A stretch of 64,000 bases of DNA from Octopus vulgaris. Taxonomy: Eukaryota. Numbering within the stretch: position 1 is the stretch's first letter; each line of letters opens with the position of its first letter. Shown here piece by piece: positions 1 through 11,579 of this stretch. The notes below the pieces were generated by a model, which saw only the letters and a program-made list of their open reading frames with translations, did no database searches and was not told where the DNA came from. The position numbers and the translations under genes were made by a program. The stretch lies in the NCBI GenBank assembly GCA_951406725.2, contig OX597842.1, positions 24,552,001 through 24,616,000 of the forward strand, given 5' to 3'.

Positions 1-599
1 ATTTAATATACAAAATACTTGGTGTTAGATGCTAAGATACAGTGATGAGAGATAAACGAAGGGATAAGTTCGTTCATTAAATGCTAATGATGGTGGTTAT
101 CTAGTGAATATGCGATGGAGCCATTGAGTAGATGGTAACCATGTGAGAGAAGGAGTGTGAAGGAAATATATTTCCCAGTCACTGATGAAATGTTAAAATA
201 AGACAATGGTAGGAAATTCTCAAGAGAGCTGAACAGCGGAAGGTCTTCGGAGAGGAAACCCTACTCAGGCAAGATCCAGAGGTCATGCGTTGACATATAA
301 GGTTAATTGAAGGAAAAGCTTGTAACATCAGATGAACATATTTTGGAACCACATCTCAAAGCAAAATAAGGCGAACACATGCACTTGCGGGTGTGTATAT
401 GCGTGACCTGAGTCAATGCATGTCTAGGAGTCAGGAGTCAACGCAAGGGTGACACAAAATTAGAATGCTCTGACTGCTATGTCATCTGGAAGTTTATAGG
501 AAGCTTCTAAAGTATTTATGAAGGTCGAGGGAGATTACTCTCATTAAATCCCATTTTAATTTTGCTTTCCTGTCTGACCGCCAGGGGTCACTCAGGTTT

Positions 600-790
600 T
601 AGTGAGCTGGCAGAAACGTTAGCACGCTGGGCGAAATGCGTAGCCATATTTCGTCTGCCGTAATCTTCTGAGTTCAAATTCCGCTGAGGTCGACTTTGCC
701 TTTCATCCTTTCGGGGTCAATATAACGAACTTAGCTTGTGCGTCTGTCCTCTCTGTGTTTAGCCCCTTGTGGGTAATAAAGAAATAAGTT
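600..790 (+). mobile_element. tRNA-derived SINE, family 1 (MetaSINE-like central domain). Other copies ~2355-2535(+), ~14160-14380(-), ~29860-30070(-), ~60985-61165(-), ~62025-62190(+)
   Basis: Head with A-box-like GAGCTGGCAGAA and B-box GAGTTCAAATTCC, then GCCTTTCATCCTTTCGGGGTC and an AATAAAGAAATA tail; recurs six times in the window. Confidence 0.75.
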
Positions 791-1211
791 ATACAAGATT
801 CCCTTGATTGTGTCGAGAATGATGAAAATTTGTGTGGGCCTCTGAGCAGGTATTGCCTCTGTTTGGCAAAATCTGATGCAGATTCTCCGCTAAACTTTCT
901 ATCATGCTCAATGTGACAATCACACGCTACACACCTTCCTTCCAAGCATTGCTGCAAACAGCAGAAGAGAGCTAGAATGTTAACACTTAGTGTGAATGCA
1001 CAGCAGAGTTTGGAGTCAATCTTTCCCAAGTGGCTTCACTCTGTGTATCTTAGCTTCGTTGCTATAGCAACAGTCTGCATATATGTACGTATACATGTAT
1101 GCCATTGTTCAGTTTTATTTCAAAATTTCTTGCCAACAGAGAAAGAGCCAATTTGTAACCTAAATCCAAGGATCCTTCATTGGAATTTCACCATCAACAA
1201 CAGAGTATGTA

Positions 1212-1612
1212 GGTCTTTTCGGTTTGAACGGCAGGTTTTAACATAATTTCTAGGTAACTAAACACTTTTAAACTTCGTATACTGGTAGAATGTGTTTATA
1301 AAACATCTTTATCTCTTGGCTCTATTGAGAAAATTCTACAGTTTGTAAGATATTTGTTGCTTTTTTTCTTCAATTTCAACCAATCAATGACGTTTATTGA
1401 GGTGAAAACATTCTGTGCCGTATGAATATGTCCCTCGTTTAAGAAACAGATTGGGCTTATTTACATTTGTGAAGAAAAAAAGATACCCTTCCCCACCACC
1501 ACTAAACCCTAAAAGAGATTGAAATGCAATAGATCGATACTAGGGTCATAATTATGGGTGACAATTTCATATGACACCACTAGAAAAACTGCCGTTCAAA
1601 CCGAAAAGATAC
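1212..1612. mobile_element. ~400-bp non-autonomous DNA transposon (MITE), monomer form
   Basis: Terminal inverted repeats GGTCTTTTCGGTTTGAACGGCAG ... CTGCCGTTCAAACCGAAAAGATAC; internal sequence shared with the elements at 15404, 41427 and 52650. Confidence 0.75.
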
Positions 1613-1659
1613 AATACATTTCTAAATATCTCAGAGATTTATGCAGTAGTGGTACGATA

Positions 1660-1990
1660 AAGATACCCTTCCCCCACCCTAACCCTAAAATAGATTGAAA
1701 TGCAAAGATCGATATTGATCTTTGCATTTCAATCTATTTCAGGGTTAGGGGTGGGGGAGGGTATCCGTTTTTCTTTGCAAATGTGAATAAACCCACTCTG
1801 TTTCTTAAACGAGGGACATATTCATACAGCACGGTATGTTTTGACTCCAAATGGACGTCTTTGATTGGTTAAAATTACAGAGATGCTCGATTTTAAAGTG
1901 GGAATATGTTACAAACTATAGAATTTTCTCAATAAAGCCAAGAAAAAATGATGTTTTATAAACACATTCTACCAGTATACACGAAGTTTA
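1660..1990. mobile_element. Rearranged fold-back fragment of the same MITE family
   Basis: Hairpin centred near 1714 (GAAATGCAAAGATCGATATTGATCTTTGCATTTC), followed by a reverse-complement copy of 1270-1535. Confidence 0.65.
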
Positions 1991-2116
1991 ACCCATTAGT
2001 GTTCAGATTACTCTGTTAAATGTAATTCTTTTTCACTCAAATTGTTTTGAATTAATCATGCAATATCTTATAGCTTTAAGGTTTCAATGACGTGATTGTT
2101 ATGAGTTCGTTGGATA

Positions 2117-2250
2117 TCAGTTCGTTTCGTCGACATTCCATGTCTATTTTTTGAGCTTCCTTTAAATTACGTTTCCCGCTGAATGGCTTTTTGGGTGTGG
2201 TTTGCGTTAATTGACTTTTAGCACTGATTTATTTATCATAACAGGTAAGA
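2117..2250 (+). promoter_or_regulatory. Putative non-coding first exon of ZNF A1 (Inr-like start to splice donor)
   Basis: TCAGTTCGTTTCGTCGAC at the start and CAG|GTAAGA at 2244/2245; homologous block found seven times, always upstream of and co-oriented with a ZNF gene. Confidence 0.55.
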
Positions 2251-2718
2251 TATCGTACATATTTTATTTTTAGTGAAAGCAGAAGAACCTGGAAAATTCG
2301 AAACTCCAGACAATAAAGAAAGTATTCAATGTTGCTAGTCTGACATCGATATTAATTTCGTCCGCCGTTACGTTCTGGGTTCAAATTCCGCCGAGGTCGA
2401 CTTTGCCTTTCATCCTTCGGGATCGATAAATTAAGTACCAGTTACGCACTGGGGTCAATGTGATCGACTTAATCCGTTTGTCTGTCCTTGTTTGTTTCGT
2501 CCGTATTTCGCCCCTTGTGGGTAATAAAGAAACAGATATTAATTCTATTTGGTTTGCAAGATTCTTTATATGAATTCGTGTATTGAAGCATATTCTGTTG
2601 TGTCGCGGAGAGTCATTTTCTTTTTGTGCCGTATAATTTAGCACACTCATCGGTAAAATTTTGCAGTTATTTCTTACTTATTTCCTTTTTTCCTAAAATT
2701 TTCGTTGCGTCTTGCAAC

Positions 2719-3295
2719 TGTAGTGGATGTGTGGATGTATTAATAAATACATAAGTTGTTTTGTAATAAATTAGAGATTTATTTGCACTACATCAATTTG
2801 TAAGCAATGCTACACATTGCTTGTACAGAATACATATTAAATAATGCTTGTACAGAATACATATTAAAGGATGCTTATACAGAATACATATTAAAGAAGA
2901 ATATGTTTGATGGTGTGTGTGTGTGAGTAAATCATGCAGGACAGTCACCTTTATGCATATTCTCTCGTTGTCTCCAAAAATGCGTAGCGTTCGTTTAGGC
3001 GTCGGCTCCGGTTCTCTCTAGATACCGATTTTTCCGTTCTATTTATAAAATCTCAAATAGCCAGAAAAATAGATATATCGCAAGAGAGTTATTGTTTAAG
3101 TAGGTCACTGGTCGTTCAGTTGAACTTCGCCTAACATGGCTCAGGTCGGAGGTCAAAAGGAGACGATCAATCACTTTTTGTCAGAACAAAGGAATTCTTG
3201 ATTTCGCGCCTTTGCATGCATTGGTATTTGACGACCGATGATTCTTGGATTTGATTTCGAATCCAAGCTTAGAGAAGGAAGTGCTAACTCTTACA
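2719..3295 (-). repeat. 3' LTR
   Basis: Direct repeat of 7982-8560; contains three tandem copies of TGCTT(G/A)TACAGAATACATATTAAA. Confidence 0.95.
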
Positions 3296-3310
3296 CTACC
3301 CCCCTTCTAG
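3296..3310 (-). other. Polypurine tract
   Basis: Minus strand CTAGAAGGGGGGTAG directly before the 3' LTR. Confidence 0.9.
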
Positions 3311-3871
3311 TGAGAAAGCCACAGAGATCGATATTGGAAATGTAATTTTTTTTTTTTTTTTGTGTGTATGCAGAAAAAAAATTTTTACACATTGAACGAT
3401 AAAAATATGAATGAAAGGTTTACAGTTTGTATGTGCTATATGGTGAGCAATATGTATATGTGCCCAGGCAGAATTATGTTGGCGCGTTGAAAGAGATGTG
3501 CGTCTATTGATTACTCGATCTACTAGGTCAAATAGAGGCAAGGTGTCTTTCAGTGGCGAAAAAGATCGAGTGATAGCACGCATGAGAACAAGATTTGTAA
3601 ATGTGTGTGGATATACAGTTAGCAAAAATATATTTATGAGAAAGCAAAACATTTTGAAGAGAAAACAAAAAATATGTACATGCAAAAATGAAAGAAATGT
3701 TCATCGGCAAAGTTCGATTTTGAAATGTTCCGTAAAAGTTCATACAGACGTTTTTTGTTTTCATTTTTTTTTTTCTTTATGTACACAAATGTTCTTTAAT
3801 TTCTCTGGGTTGTATGTGGGTGATGCAGTTATGTGTTCATTAGGAAGATGGATAAGTTAGGAGTTCAGAAC

Positions 3872-4915
3872 TTACCCAAAAAACTTGCACAAACCTTGCT
3901 GGCCATCGAACTGTTCTTTCTTCCTGATTTGGTGTGTCGGGGTTGTGCAGAATCTGTCGTGTTCGCTGGAGTTGCCGAGTCTGTTCGAGGAAAGGAGGGG
4001 ACTGAATGTAAGTCCTCCTCGATGAAAGCTTTTTTTTAAACGATCAATCGAGACCGTATTTCGTTTACCTCCAATATCGAGGACGAAATACTTGGGTTCT
4101 CTTTTGATGACCTTGTAGGGCCCGGAATATGGTGGTCGAAGTTGAGAGGGTATCCCATCATTCCTCACGAAGACATGAGTCCAAGTGTTGATATCTTTTG
4201 GGACACGTGAAACGACGTTCTGTTGTCTGGGGCCTGAAGGTGATAACTGCGACATGGATGTCTGTAATCGGTGCACATATTGTTGTGGGTCAGGAAAGTT
4301 TTGTGAAACAGGTTCGATCATCTGCCCAGGTAAGGTGAGTGTTGTGCCATAAACGAGTTCGGCCGGAGTATATCCCAGTTCTTCCTTAATCGTGGATCGA
4401 ATTCCAAGGAGGATGAGAGGGAGATGTTCCAACCAGTGAGAACTGTCTGGAGCTGCTTTGATAGATGCCTTGAGTTGGCGGTGAAAGCGTTCGACCATGC
4501 CATTTGCTGCAGGGTGGTAAGCTGTTGTGCGGGTGTGTTTACACCCGAGGAGACGAGTCAGCTCGGTGAAAAGGTGGGAATCGAACTGACCTCTGTCGGT
4601 GGTGATTGTTGCGGGTGTGCCAAAACGCGAAACCCATTGTGATATCAACGTTTTAGCGACCGTTTCTGCTGATATATCAGATAAGGGCCAGGCTTCGGGC
4701 CATCGCGAGAACCTATCTACGCAAGTTAGCAAATATGAATAGTTCTGCGAAGGTGGCAGGGGTCCAACGATATCAATGTGAACGTGCTGAAATCGTGCGT
4801 CAGGTTGCGAAAATGAACCGATTGGTGATTTTATGTGCCGGTGGATTTTCGCTTTTTGGCACGCAACACAGCACTTGGTCCATTCCTTCTGATATCCTTG
4901 TTGATACTGATCCAC
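3872..4915 (-). CDS. pol: Gypsy Pol integrase portion (frameshifted at ~4880 and ~4030)
   Basis: CVAC end of the HHCC motif, [29 protein letters not shown] (DDE core), GPY/F motif [11 protein letters not shown]. Confidence 0.93.
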   Translation of the reverse strand: MDQYQQGYQKEWTKCCVACQKAKIHRHIKSPIGSFSQPDARFQHVHIDIVGPLPPSQNYSYLLTCVDRFSRWPEAWPLSDISAETVAKTLISQWVSRFGTPATITTDRGQFDSHLFTELTRLLGCKHTRTTAYHPAANGMVERFHRQLKASIKAAPDSSHWLEHLPLILLGIRSTIKEELGYTPAELVYGTTLTLPGQMIEPVSQNFPDPQQYVHRLQTSMSQLSPSGPRQQNVVSRVPKDINTWTHVFVRNDGIPSQLRPPYSGPYKVIKREPKYFVLDIGGKRNTVSIDRLKKSFHRGGLTFSPLLSSNRLGNSSEHDRFCTTPTHQIRKKEQFDGQQGLCKFFG

Positions 4916-6261
4916 ACAAAACGGGTCGATATTAGCTTTTGAGTGGAGTGAATACCAGGATGTGACAGAGAATGCAGAGCAGAGAAAACTTCTCGACGAT
5001 ATCTCTGTGGTACATAAGGGCGTTGGTAACCAGTGGAAATATCACACCAAATATGGGCTGTGGATGATGGTAGCGGAACATGCTGAAATTTCAGAGATGA
5101 CGAATTCCGGAGCTTTAGAAGTTCTTCGTCATTCTCCTGGTCAGCTGCTATATGTGCCAGTTCAATTGTAGACGTGGTGTGAATAGCATTGATCTGCGCA
5201 CGTGAAAGTGCATCGGCTGCCACGTTGGTCGTCCCTTTGATGTGGCGTATATCTGTCGTGTACTGCGATATGAAATCGAGGTGGCGTATTTCTCTTGGCG
5301 AATGGCGATCCGGTTTGGTGTTAAATGCGTATACTAATTGCTTGTGGTCGGTGTATATGGCAAAATTGGTACCTTCTAGCATGTGACGGAAATGCTTAAC
5401 GGCCAGGTATGCCGCCAATAATTCCCGACTGAATGTGCTGTATTTGGTTTCCGCGGGTTTTAACCGCTTAGAAAAGAAAGACAACGGTTGCCATATACCA
5501 TCAACAAGCTGTTGTAGCACACCTCCGATTCCGGAATCGGATGCATCAACGAGTAAACATCGTGGGGCGTCTGGTTTTGGATAAACCAACATGGTAGCGC
5601 TAGATAACGCTTTTTTCAGGGCAGCGAAAGAAACGAGTTGATCTTCGGTCAGAGCTATATCTGCATTTTTGCAGGTTCGCTGACGTAGCAAATCCGTGAG
5701 CGGTTGCGCTATTTCAGTGAGGTGGGGCACGAACCGTCGATAGAAATTCGCTAGACCGAGATATTCCCTTAATTTGCGGAGAGATGTGGGTGGTGGAAAA
5801 TCCACGATGGCCTTGACTTTCTTGGGAAGAGGACGAATTCCATTTTTATCGACTATATGCCCGAGAAAATGAAGGGAAGCAACTCCGAACAAACATTTAG
5901 TAGGGTTGATAACAATTCCAAATCGACGTAGACGTTCGAATAGCAGGTGAAGGTGTTGATTATGCTCTTCGTCCGAGTTACTGGCCACGAGTATGTCGTC
6001 TATGTAGGCATAGACGAAAGGCAAACCTCTAGTCACCATGTCGATAAACCTTTGGAATGTCTGTGCCGCGTTTCGTAAACCGAAAGGCATACGCAGGAAT
6101 TCAAACATTCTGAAAGGTGTAGTAACTGCTGTCTTTGGGATGTCTGCAGGTTCGACTGGGATTTGGTTGTATGCTCGCACCAGGTCGATTTTTGAAAAGA
6201 TGCGAGCTCCATGCAGCGAGCTCGAAAAGTCCTGAAGAAAAGGCACCTGGATAGGCATCAC
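4831..6261 (-). CDS. pol: Gypsy Pol reverse transcriptase, RNase H and start of the integrase zinc-binding domain
   Basis: [51 protein letters not shown]. Confidence 0.96.
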   Translation of the reverse strand: MMPIQVPFLQDFSSSLHGARIFSKIDLVRAYNQIPVEPADIPKTAVTTPFRMFEFLRMPFGLRNAAQTFQRFIDMVTRGLPFVYAYIDDILVASNSDEEHNQHLHLLFERLRRFGIVINPTKCLFGVASLHFLGHIVDKNGIRPLPKKVKAIVDFPPPTSLRKLREYLGLANFYRRFVPHLTEIAQPLTDLLRQRTCKNADIALTEDQLVSFAALKKALSSATMLVYPKPDAPRCLLVDASDSGIGGVLQQLVDGIWQPLSFFSKRLKPAETKYSTFSRELLAAYLAVKHFRHMLEGTNFAIYTDHKQLVYAFNTKPDRHSPREIRHLDFISQYTTDIRHIKGTTNVAADALSRAQINAIHTTSTIELAHIAADQENDEELLKLRNSSSLKFQHVPLPSSTAHIWCDISTGYQRPYVPQRYRREVFSALHSLSHPGIHSTQKLISTRFVWISINKDIRRNGPSAVLRAKKRKSTGT

Positions 6262-7087
6262 TGATAGTGCTTTTATTCAGTGATCGATAATCGCCGCAAA
6301 CCCGCCAATCGGTCGATGATTTTTTGGGGACGCAGTGTATCGGCGAGGACCAGTTGCTGCTGGAAACGCGGATGATTCCGAGGTCGAGCATGTGCTGGAA
6401 TTCCCGCTTGACGGCCTGGAGACGATCAGGTGGTAACCTTCTGGGCCTTGCAGCAACAGGTGGACCGCTGGTTTTGATGTGGTGGGTAACGTCGTGCTTT
6501 ATCGGCTGGTTATGAAAAACTGGTCGCGCGACATCTGGATATTCAGTCAGGATGGAACTGTGACGAGTCGTTGTCGTAAGCATTACAGTTGGGCTGACTG
6601 TGTCCATTTGAGCGGCTATACCGCGCACATTAAGGTTGGTGGTGGTGTCGACAAGTCGTCTGTTCTTTATGTCTACCAGGAGACCGAAATGATGCAGGAA
6701 ATCGGCACCTAAGATAGGGGTCGGCAATTTAGCGACGACGAATACCCACTGAAATGTTCGGCGTAGTCCTATGTTTAATGTTAGGGACTGTTCACCGTAG
6801 GTTGGAATGGGTGAATGGTTGACTGCCTGAAGACAGACTGATGTCTCTTTTCTTTTTCCAGAAGTGTTGGAGACTGGGATGATGCTGACTTCCGCACCTG
6901 TGTCAACCAGGAAACGCGTGCCTGTTACACAATCGCAAACGAAAAACAGGCGACTGTGTGGGTGCGAACCAGGAACTTCCGTCGCGTTCAATTCCTGGCT
7001 GTGCCGTTTCCCAAACTGGGTGAGGAAAACGAGCACGGTACCGTACATTTTTGTGCCCGTGTTCCGAATGTTCGGTGGTACCAACAC
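6101..7087 (-). CDS. pol: Gypsy Pol aspartic protease and RT N-terminus (frameshift to the next ORF at ~6258)
   Basis: [10 protein letters not shown] active site, [33 protein letters not shown]. Confidence 0.94.
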   Translation of the reverse strand: MLVPPNIRNTGTKMYGTVLVFLTQFGKRHSQELNATEVPGSHPHSRLFFVCDCVTGTRFLVDTGAEVSIIPVSNTSGKRKETSVCLQAVNHSPIPTYGEQSLTLNIGLRRTFQWVFVVAKLPTPILGADFLHHFGLLVDIKNRRLVDTTTNLNVRGIAAQMDTVSPTVMLTTTTRHSSILTEYPDVARPVFHNQPIKHDVTHHIKTSGPPVAARPRRLPPDRLQAVKREFQHMLDLGIIRVSSSNWSSPIHCVPKKSSTDWRVCGDYRSLNKSTISDAYPGAFSSGLFELAAWSSHLFKNRPGASIQPNPSRTCRHPKDSSYYTFQNV

Positions 7088-7959
7088 GTGTCATGTGAGT
7101 TGCGGGTAGCACTGGGGCTTCGGGACCGTCTGCCATCTCGTCGAGATCGGCTGGTGCTTCGACGCTGGGGACTAAACTTTAGGGCTTGTATTTGGGCTGT
7201 GAGGATTTGTATTTGCGCAGCTTGCTGCGTCATTAATGCACGCAAATCCGAAATCTCGGAAGAACTGGTTTGTGCACGGAAAGGATTGGTACTGGGAGCG
7301 GCTGGCGTCACCATCGATACGGTTGGATATCTGTGTGGTACTTCGGCTATTTTGTCAGCTAGCTCCGCCAGTTCTTCAAGGGATGTGTTTTCTCTGGTAG
7401 ACGCGAGAACAACCTGGGTATTGGAGGGCAGACGCTGGAGAAAAAGTTGCTTGAAAATTTTTTCTGGGAGTGTCTCATCTCCGAGAAGCTGCTTCATTCT
7501 ACGAAGAAGCTGGGACGGCATTTTGTCACCCAATTCTTCCGATATCAGAAGCTGGTGAAGTCTTTTTTGTTGGGATTCGGAGGTTCTGTTTATCAACGTG
7601 GTTTTAAAAACTTCGTATGAAACAGAACCGGGTGGTGCCATGATAAGGTCACGTATTACGTTCGTTATTTCTGGCGACAGAGAACTGATAACATGAGAAA
7701 GTCGAGACGCATCGCTCAATATTCTGTGAGAGGCAAACTGTGCCTCTATATGGTAAAACCACAATGTAGGGTCGTGGTCCAGAATGGTGGAATTTTTAAA
7801 GAAATCGCCGCTTGGAATGCCATGTCGATGTTGGCCGCTGGATTCTGTTCCGGGAGGTCCATTGTTTTCGTCGGAATTTTCAGTTGCTTGGTTGCTGGGT
7901 GATGTGCAAACTGTAATTCTTCGACGCGGTTGATGAAGCTGGTTCCGGGGAAGGCGCAA
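6988..7959 (-). CDS. gag: Gypsy Gag (N-terminus split by a 1-nt lesion at ~7775)
   Basis: DPTLWF...[41 protein letters not shown]; AAISLKIPPFW reads in a different frame just upstream of DPTLWF. Confidence 0.9.
   Translation of the reverse strand: MRLPRNQLHQPRRRITVCTSPSNQATENSDENNGPPGTESSGQHRHGIPSGDFFKNSTILDHDPTLWFYHIEAQFASHRILSDASRLSHVISSLSPEITNVIRDLIMAPPGSVSYEVFKTTLINRTSESQQKRLHQLLISEELGDKMPSQLLRRMKQLLGDETLPEKIFKQLFLQRLPSNTQVVLASTRENTSLEELAELADKIAEVPHRYPTVSMVTPAAPSTNPFRAQTSSSEISDLRALMTQQAAQIQILTAQIQALKFSPQRRSTSRSRRDGRRSRSPSATRNSHDTCWYHRTFGTRAQKCTVPCSFSSPSLGNGTARN
7006..7012 (-). promoter_or_regulatory. -1 ribosomal frameshift slippery site at the gag-pol junction
   Basis: G GGA AAC in the gag frame (L-G-N); the -1 frame reads GKRHSQ into the protease ORF. 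Confidence 0.8.
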
Positions 7960-7968
7960 TTCGTTTTA

Positions 7969-7979
7969 CGGGGTCACCA
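7969..7979 (-). other. Primer binding site, tRNA-Trp type
   Basis: TGGTGACCCCG 2 nt after the 5' LTR, complementary to the tRNA-Trp 3' end (CGGGGUCACCA). Confidence 0.85.
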
Positions 7980-7981
7980 AA

Positions 7982-8560
7982 TGTAGTGGATGTGTGGATG
8001 TATTAATAAATACATAAGTTGTTTTGTAATAAATTAGAGATTTATTTGCACTACATCAATTTGTAAGCAATGCTACACATTGCTTGTACAGAATACATAT
8101 TAAATAATGCTTGTACAGAATACATATTAAAGGATGCTTATACAGAATACATATTAAAGAAGAATATGTTTGATGGTGTGTGTGTGTGTGAGTAAATCAT
8201 GCAGGACAGTCACCTTTATGCATATTCTCTCGTCGTCTCCAAAAATGCGTAGCGTTCGTTTAGGCGTCGGCTCCGGTTCTCTCTAGATACCGATTTTTCC
8301 GTTCTATTTATAAAATCTCAAATAGCCAGAAAAATAGATATATCGCAAGACAGTTATTGTTTAAGTAGGTCACTGGCCGTTCAGTTGAACTTCGCCTGAC
8401 ATGGCTCAGGTCGGAGGTCAAAAGGAGACGATCAATCACTTTTTGTCAGAACAAAGGAATTCTTGATTTCGCGCCTTTGCATGCATTGGTATTTGACGAC
8501 CGATGATTCTTGGATTTGATTTCGAATCCAAGCTTAGAGAAGGAAGTGCTAACTCTTACA
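7982..8560 (-). repeat. 5' LTR
   Basis: Differs from the 3' LTR by roughly four substitutions and a few small indels (counted by eye). Confidence 0.95.
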
Positions 8561-9183
8561 CACAACCTTTTCAATAGTTTTGACTCTGTCCGTTATTTAC
8601 ACTGCTTTTCCTTTTGTTTGTTTGGGTGCATTGAAACTAAACTAGAGAAAGTATTAGATTTATGACTCAGGTCATTATAGACGAAAGTAATGTCTTGTGT
8701 CATGAGTATCATTTTAAAGTGTAATTTATTCGGGCAACAGTTTATATCCACAGTTTATCATTATGAAAATGTAGTTATAATTTTTATTGTTAAACCTTTG
8801 CTTTTTAAGTCTTTCCTATATCTTCTACTGTTTCTGTGTCATTTCAGATACTCGTATAAAGGAGTTTTACGTGAGATACATCATGAATATTGATCATGTT
8901 TTGAAAACGAATGTCAGCCGTTATAAATAATAGATAATAACTCTGTTTATATAATATATCTATGGTGAATAACGGTGAAATATTTCTTCTGAATTGATAG
9001 CAACATTTGTTTTCCTCATTGCCAGGAATATTTACAAAATTATTTTGCATTGTGTTTGAATGTGAGAAAATCTGGAAAGGTGTTTGTATCATTTTCAGAT
9101 ATTCAAGATCAGATTTGCTGTAGAAGATATATATAAAGAAGAAGGGGAAAATATATTTTCTGTCTCTATACTACAGAACAATA

Positions 9184-10341
9184 ATGAATGGTCTGGAGAT
9201 GTTAAAAGAAAGAGAAAAGTTATCAGACCAATGTGATATCTGTAAAAAGACTTTTTCTAATAAGGGAAATCTCACTCTTCACAAATGTATTGATCCAGGG
9301 GGAAAGAAATATTACTGTGATATTTGTGGTAAATCATTCTCTCAAAAAAGTTACCTTACTCATCACAAATTCGTTCATACTGGAGAGAAACCACATCACT
9401 GTGATATCTGTGGTAAATCATTCTCTGAAAAATATAACCTTACTAAACACAAATCCATTCATACAGGAGAGAAACCATATCAATGTTGTATTTGCGGTAA
9501 ATCATTCTCTCATAGAAGTTCCCTTGATTCTCACAAACACATTCATACAGGAGAGAAACCACATCAGTGTGATGTTTGTGGTAAATCATTCTCTCAAAAA
9601 AGTAGCCTTAATTCTCACAAATACATTCATACGGGTGAGAAACCGTATCAGTGTGATATCTGTGATAAATCCTTTTCATTAAAAAGTTATTTAACTACTC
9701 ACAAATCCATTCATACAGGAGAGAAACCATATCGATGTGATATTTGTGGTAAATCATTCACTCAGAAATGTAGCCTCACTCATCACAAATACACTCATAC
9801 TGGAGAGAAACCATATCAATGTGATATTTGTGGTAAATCATTCTCTCAAAGGAGAGGCCTTACTTATCACAAATACACTCATACAGGAGAGAAACCATAT
9901 AAATGTGATATTTGTGGTAAATCATTCTCTCAAAAAGGTCACCTTACTTATCACAAATCAGTTCATACAGGTGAGAAACCATATCAGTGTGATATCTGTG
10001 ATAAATCCTTTTCATTAAAAAGTTATTTAACTACTCACAAACTCATTCATACTAATGTGAGGCCATATCCCTGTGATATTTGCGGTAAATCATTCACTCA
10101 GAAATGCAGCCTCACTTCTCATATACCTATTCATACTGGAGAGAAACCATATCACTGCAATATATGTGGAAAATCATTCTCTCATAGGAGTGACCTTACT
10201 TATCACAAATCAGTTCATAAAGGAGAGAAACCATATCACTGTGATATCTGTGGTGTAGCATTCTCTGAAAAAAGTCGCCTTGCTTATCACAAATACACAC
10301 ATACAGGAGACAATCCATATCCCTGTGATATATCTGTGTAA
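9184..10341 (+). CDS. C2H2 zinc-finger protein A1, 13 fingers (first is C2HC-like); further fingers out of frame to ~10530, degenerate finger tail to ~10980
   Basis: Tandem CxxC-x12-HxxxH units with TGEKP linkers; no KRAB/ZAD/BTB-like N-terminus; candidate splice acceptors end at 8847 and 9098. Confidence 0.92.
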   Translation: MNGLEMLKEREKLSDQCDICKKTFSNKGNLTLHKCIDPGGKKYYCDICGKSFSQKSYLTHHKFVHTGEKPHHCDICGKSFSEKYNLTKHKSIHTGEKPYQCCICGKSFSHRSSLDSHKHIHTGEKPHQCDVCGKSFSQKSSLNSHKYIHTGEKPYQCDICDKSFSLKSYLTTHKSIHTGEKPYRCDICGKSFTQKCSLTHHKYTHTGEKPYQCDICGKSFSQRRGLTYHKYTHTGEKPYKCDICGKSFSQKGHLTYHKSVHTGEKPYQCDICDKSFSLKSYLTTHKLIHTNVRPYPCDICGKSFTQKCSLTSHIPIHTGEKPYHCNICGKSFSHRSDLTYHKSVHKGEKPYHCDICGVAFSEKSRLAYHKYTHTGDNPYPCDISV

Positions 10342-11579
10342 ATCATTTTCTTCTAGAAGCAGTTTAACCTCTCATAGATACATTCACACAGCAGAGAGAC
10401 CATATTCTTGCGATATCTGTGATAAGTCATTTTGTTTAAAAAAATATTTAACTGATCACAAACACGTTCATACAGGTGAGAAACCATATCGGTGCTATAT
10501 CTGTGGTAAATCATTCTCTCAAAAAGGTACTTAAATAGACACAAATGCATTAATACAGGGGACAAACCATAGCACTGTAGTATCTGCAGTAAATTATTCC
10601 GTTTAAGAAAATATTTAATTAATTACAAGTCTGCTCATACTGGAGAGAAACTATGTGACTTAGATGTCTGCAGCAAATCATTCTCTTGTGAATATGCTGT
10701 ATATACTTATAAACGTATTCATACAGGAGAGAAACTCTACTGCTGTGATATCTGAGGTAAATCATTCTCTGTGGAACAATATTGAACTCATCACAAATAC
10801 ATTCATACAGGAGAGAAATCATATCACTGTGACATCTGTGACAAGTCATTCTTTCATAGAGAGAAATAATAAACTAAACACAAACATATTCATACAGGAT
10901 AAGATTCTTATGACTGTGTAATCTGTGCTAAGTCATTCTCTCAATAATCTACCTTAACTAAACATATACTTATTCATATTGATCAATAACAATATCAATG
11001 ATAAAACAGATGTCCTGCTGAATAAAATACAGCAAATGTATTACTTTTTACAAAATAAATTCATTTTTCACATTTTCCTCATTTGCATCAACTCACTAAT
11101 TACGATTTGTATTTTTTATTCAAACAATATTGATTATATTAATTTGCTCTGTTTTCTTGTGGATATATTATTTTGACACAAATGTATTACACTCCAGTTC
11201 CCATCCATGATCAGTTATCCTCTGCTGGACACACTCAGGGATCCCAGGATCTGCACCCTTTGTGCTACTGCCCACATATTCTGGCACTAGCTGGAGGCTT
11301 ATTGCTGTTTGTCACAGTTTTGGGTGTAGAGTGGGAAATATTTTTCAAAAGCCTAATGCCCCACTCTACCTATGGTTCAAGCACATCCCCGCTCAACCCA
11401 TGCAAGGGATTATCATCATACTTATTTTTTGCTAAATCATTCTGTAGAGCAGGTTTTCATAGTCTTGTTCTTACCAGACACCAAGCAGGGATTTATGATG
11501 GGCATCTGGTTAGAATGGCACCTGTTGTGATGAGAGTTGCCATGTCCCCTTGTGAGAGATAGACTGGTCCGAGTAAAGT

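Larger units (their letters stand above)
2719..8560 (-). mobile_element. Full-length Ty3/Gypsy LTR retrotransposon
   Basis: Two near-identical TG...CA LTRs, PBS, PPT, gag-PR-RT-RH-IN domain order; CAAC at 2715-2718 and 8563-8566; empty site cttgcaaccttttc in paralogs at ~23511 and ~60800. Confidence 0.97.

Noticed and set aside
703-1246. ORFs of 108 and 89 aa at the window start
   Set aside because: Overlap SINE and MITE edges and probable retroelement debris; no assignable product
3296-3870. ORFs between integrase and the 3' LTR as a possible env or accessory gene
   Set aside because: AT-rich low-complexity sequence with short overlapping ORFs on both strands and no env-like features
9233-10258. 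Long alternative-frame ORFs (MISVKRL...FVVNHSL...IQERNH) over every finger array, plus antisense ERMIYH ORFs
   Set aside because: Expected shadow frames of an 84-bp repeat with biased codons; no independent sign of coding
9184-10341. Regular constant/variable 84-bp periodicity resembling a CRISPR array
   Set aside because: The units are in-frame C2H2 fingers; eukaryotic context and no cas genes
11173-11562. 129-aa ORF conserved at 25698 and partly at 57629
   Set aside because: Conservation is explained by recent duplication; TTG start, truncated in the third copy, no recognisable motif
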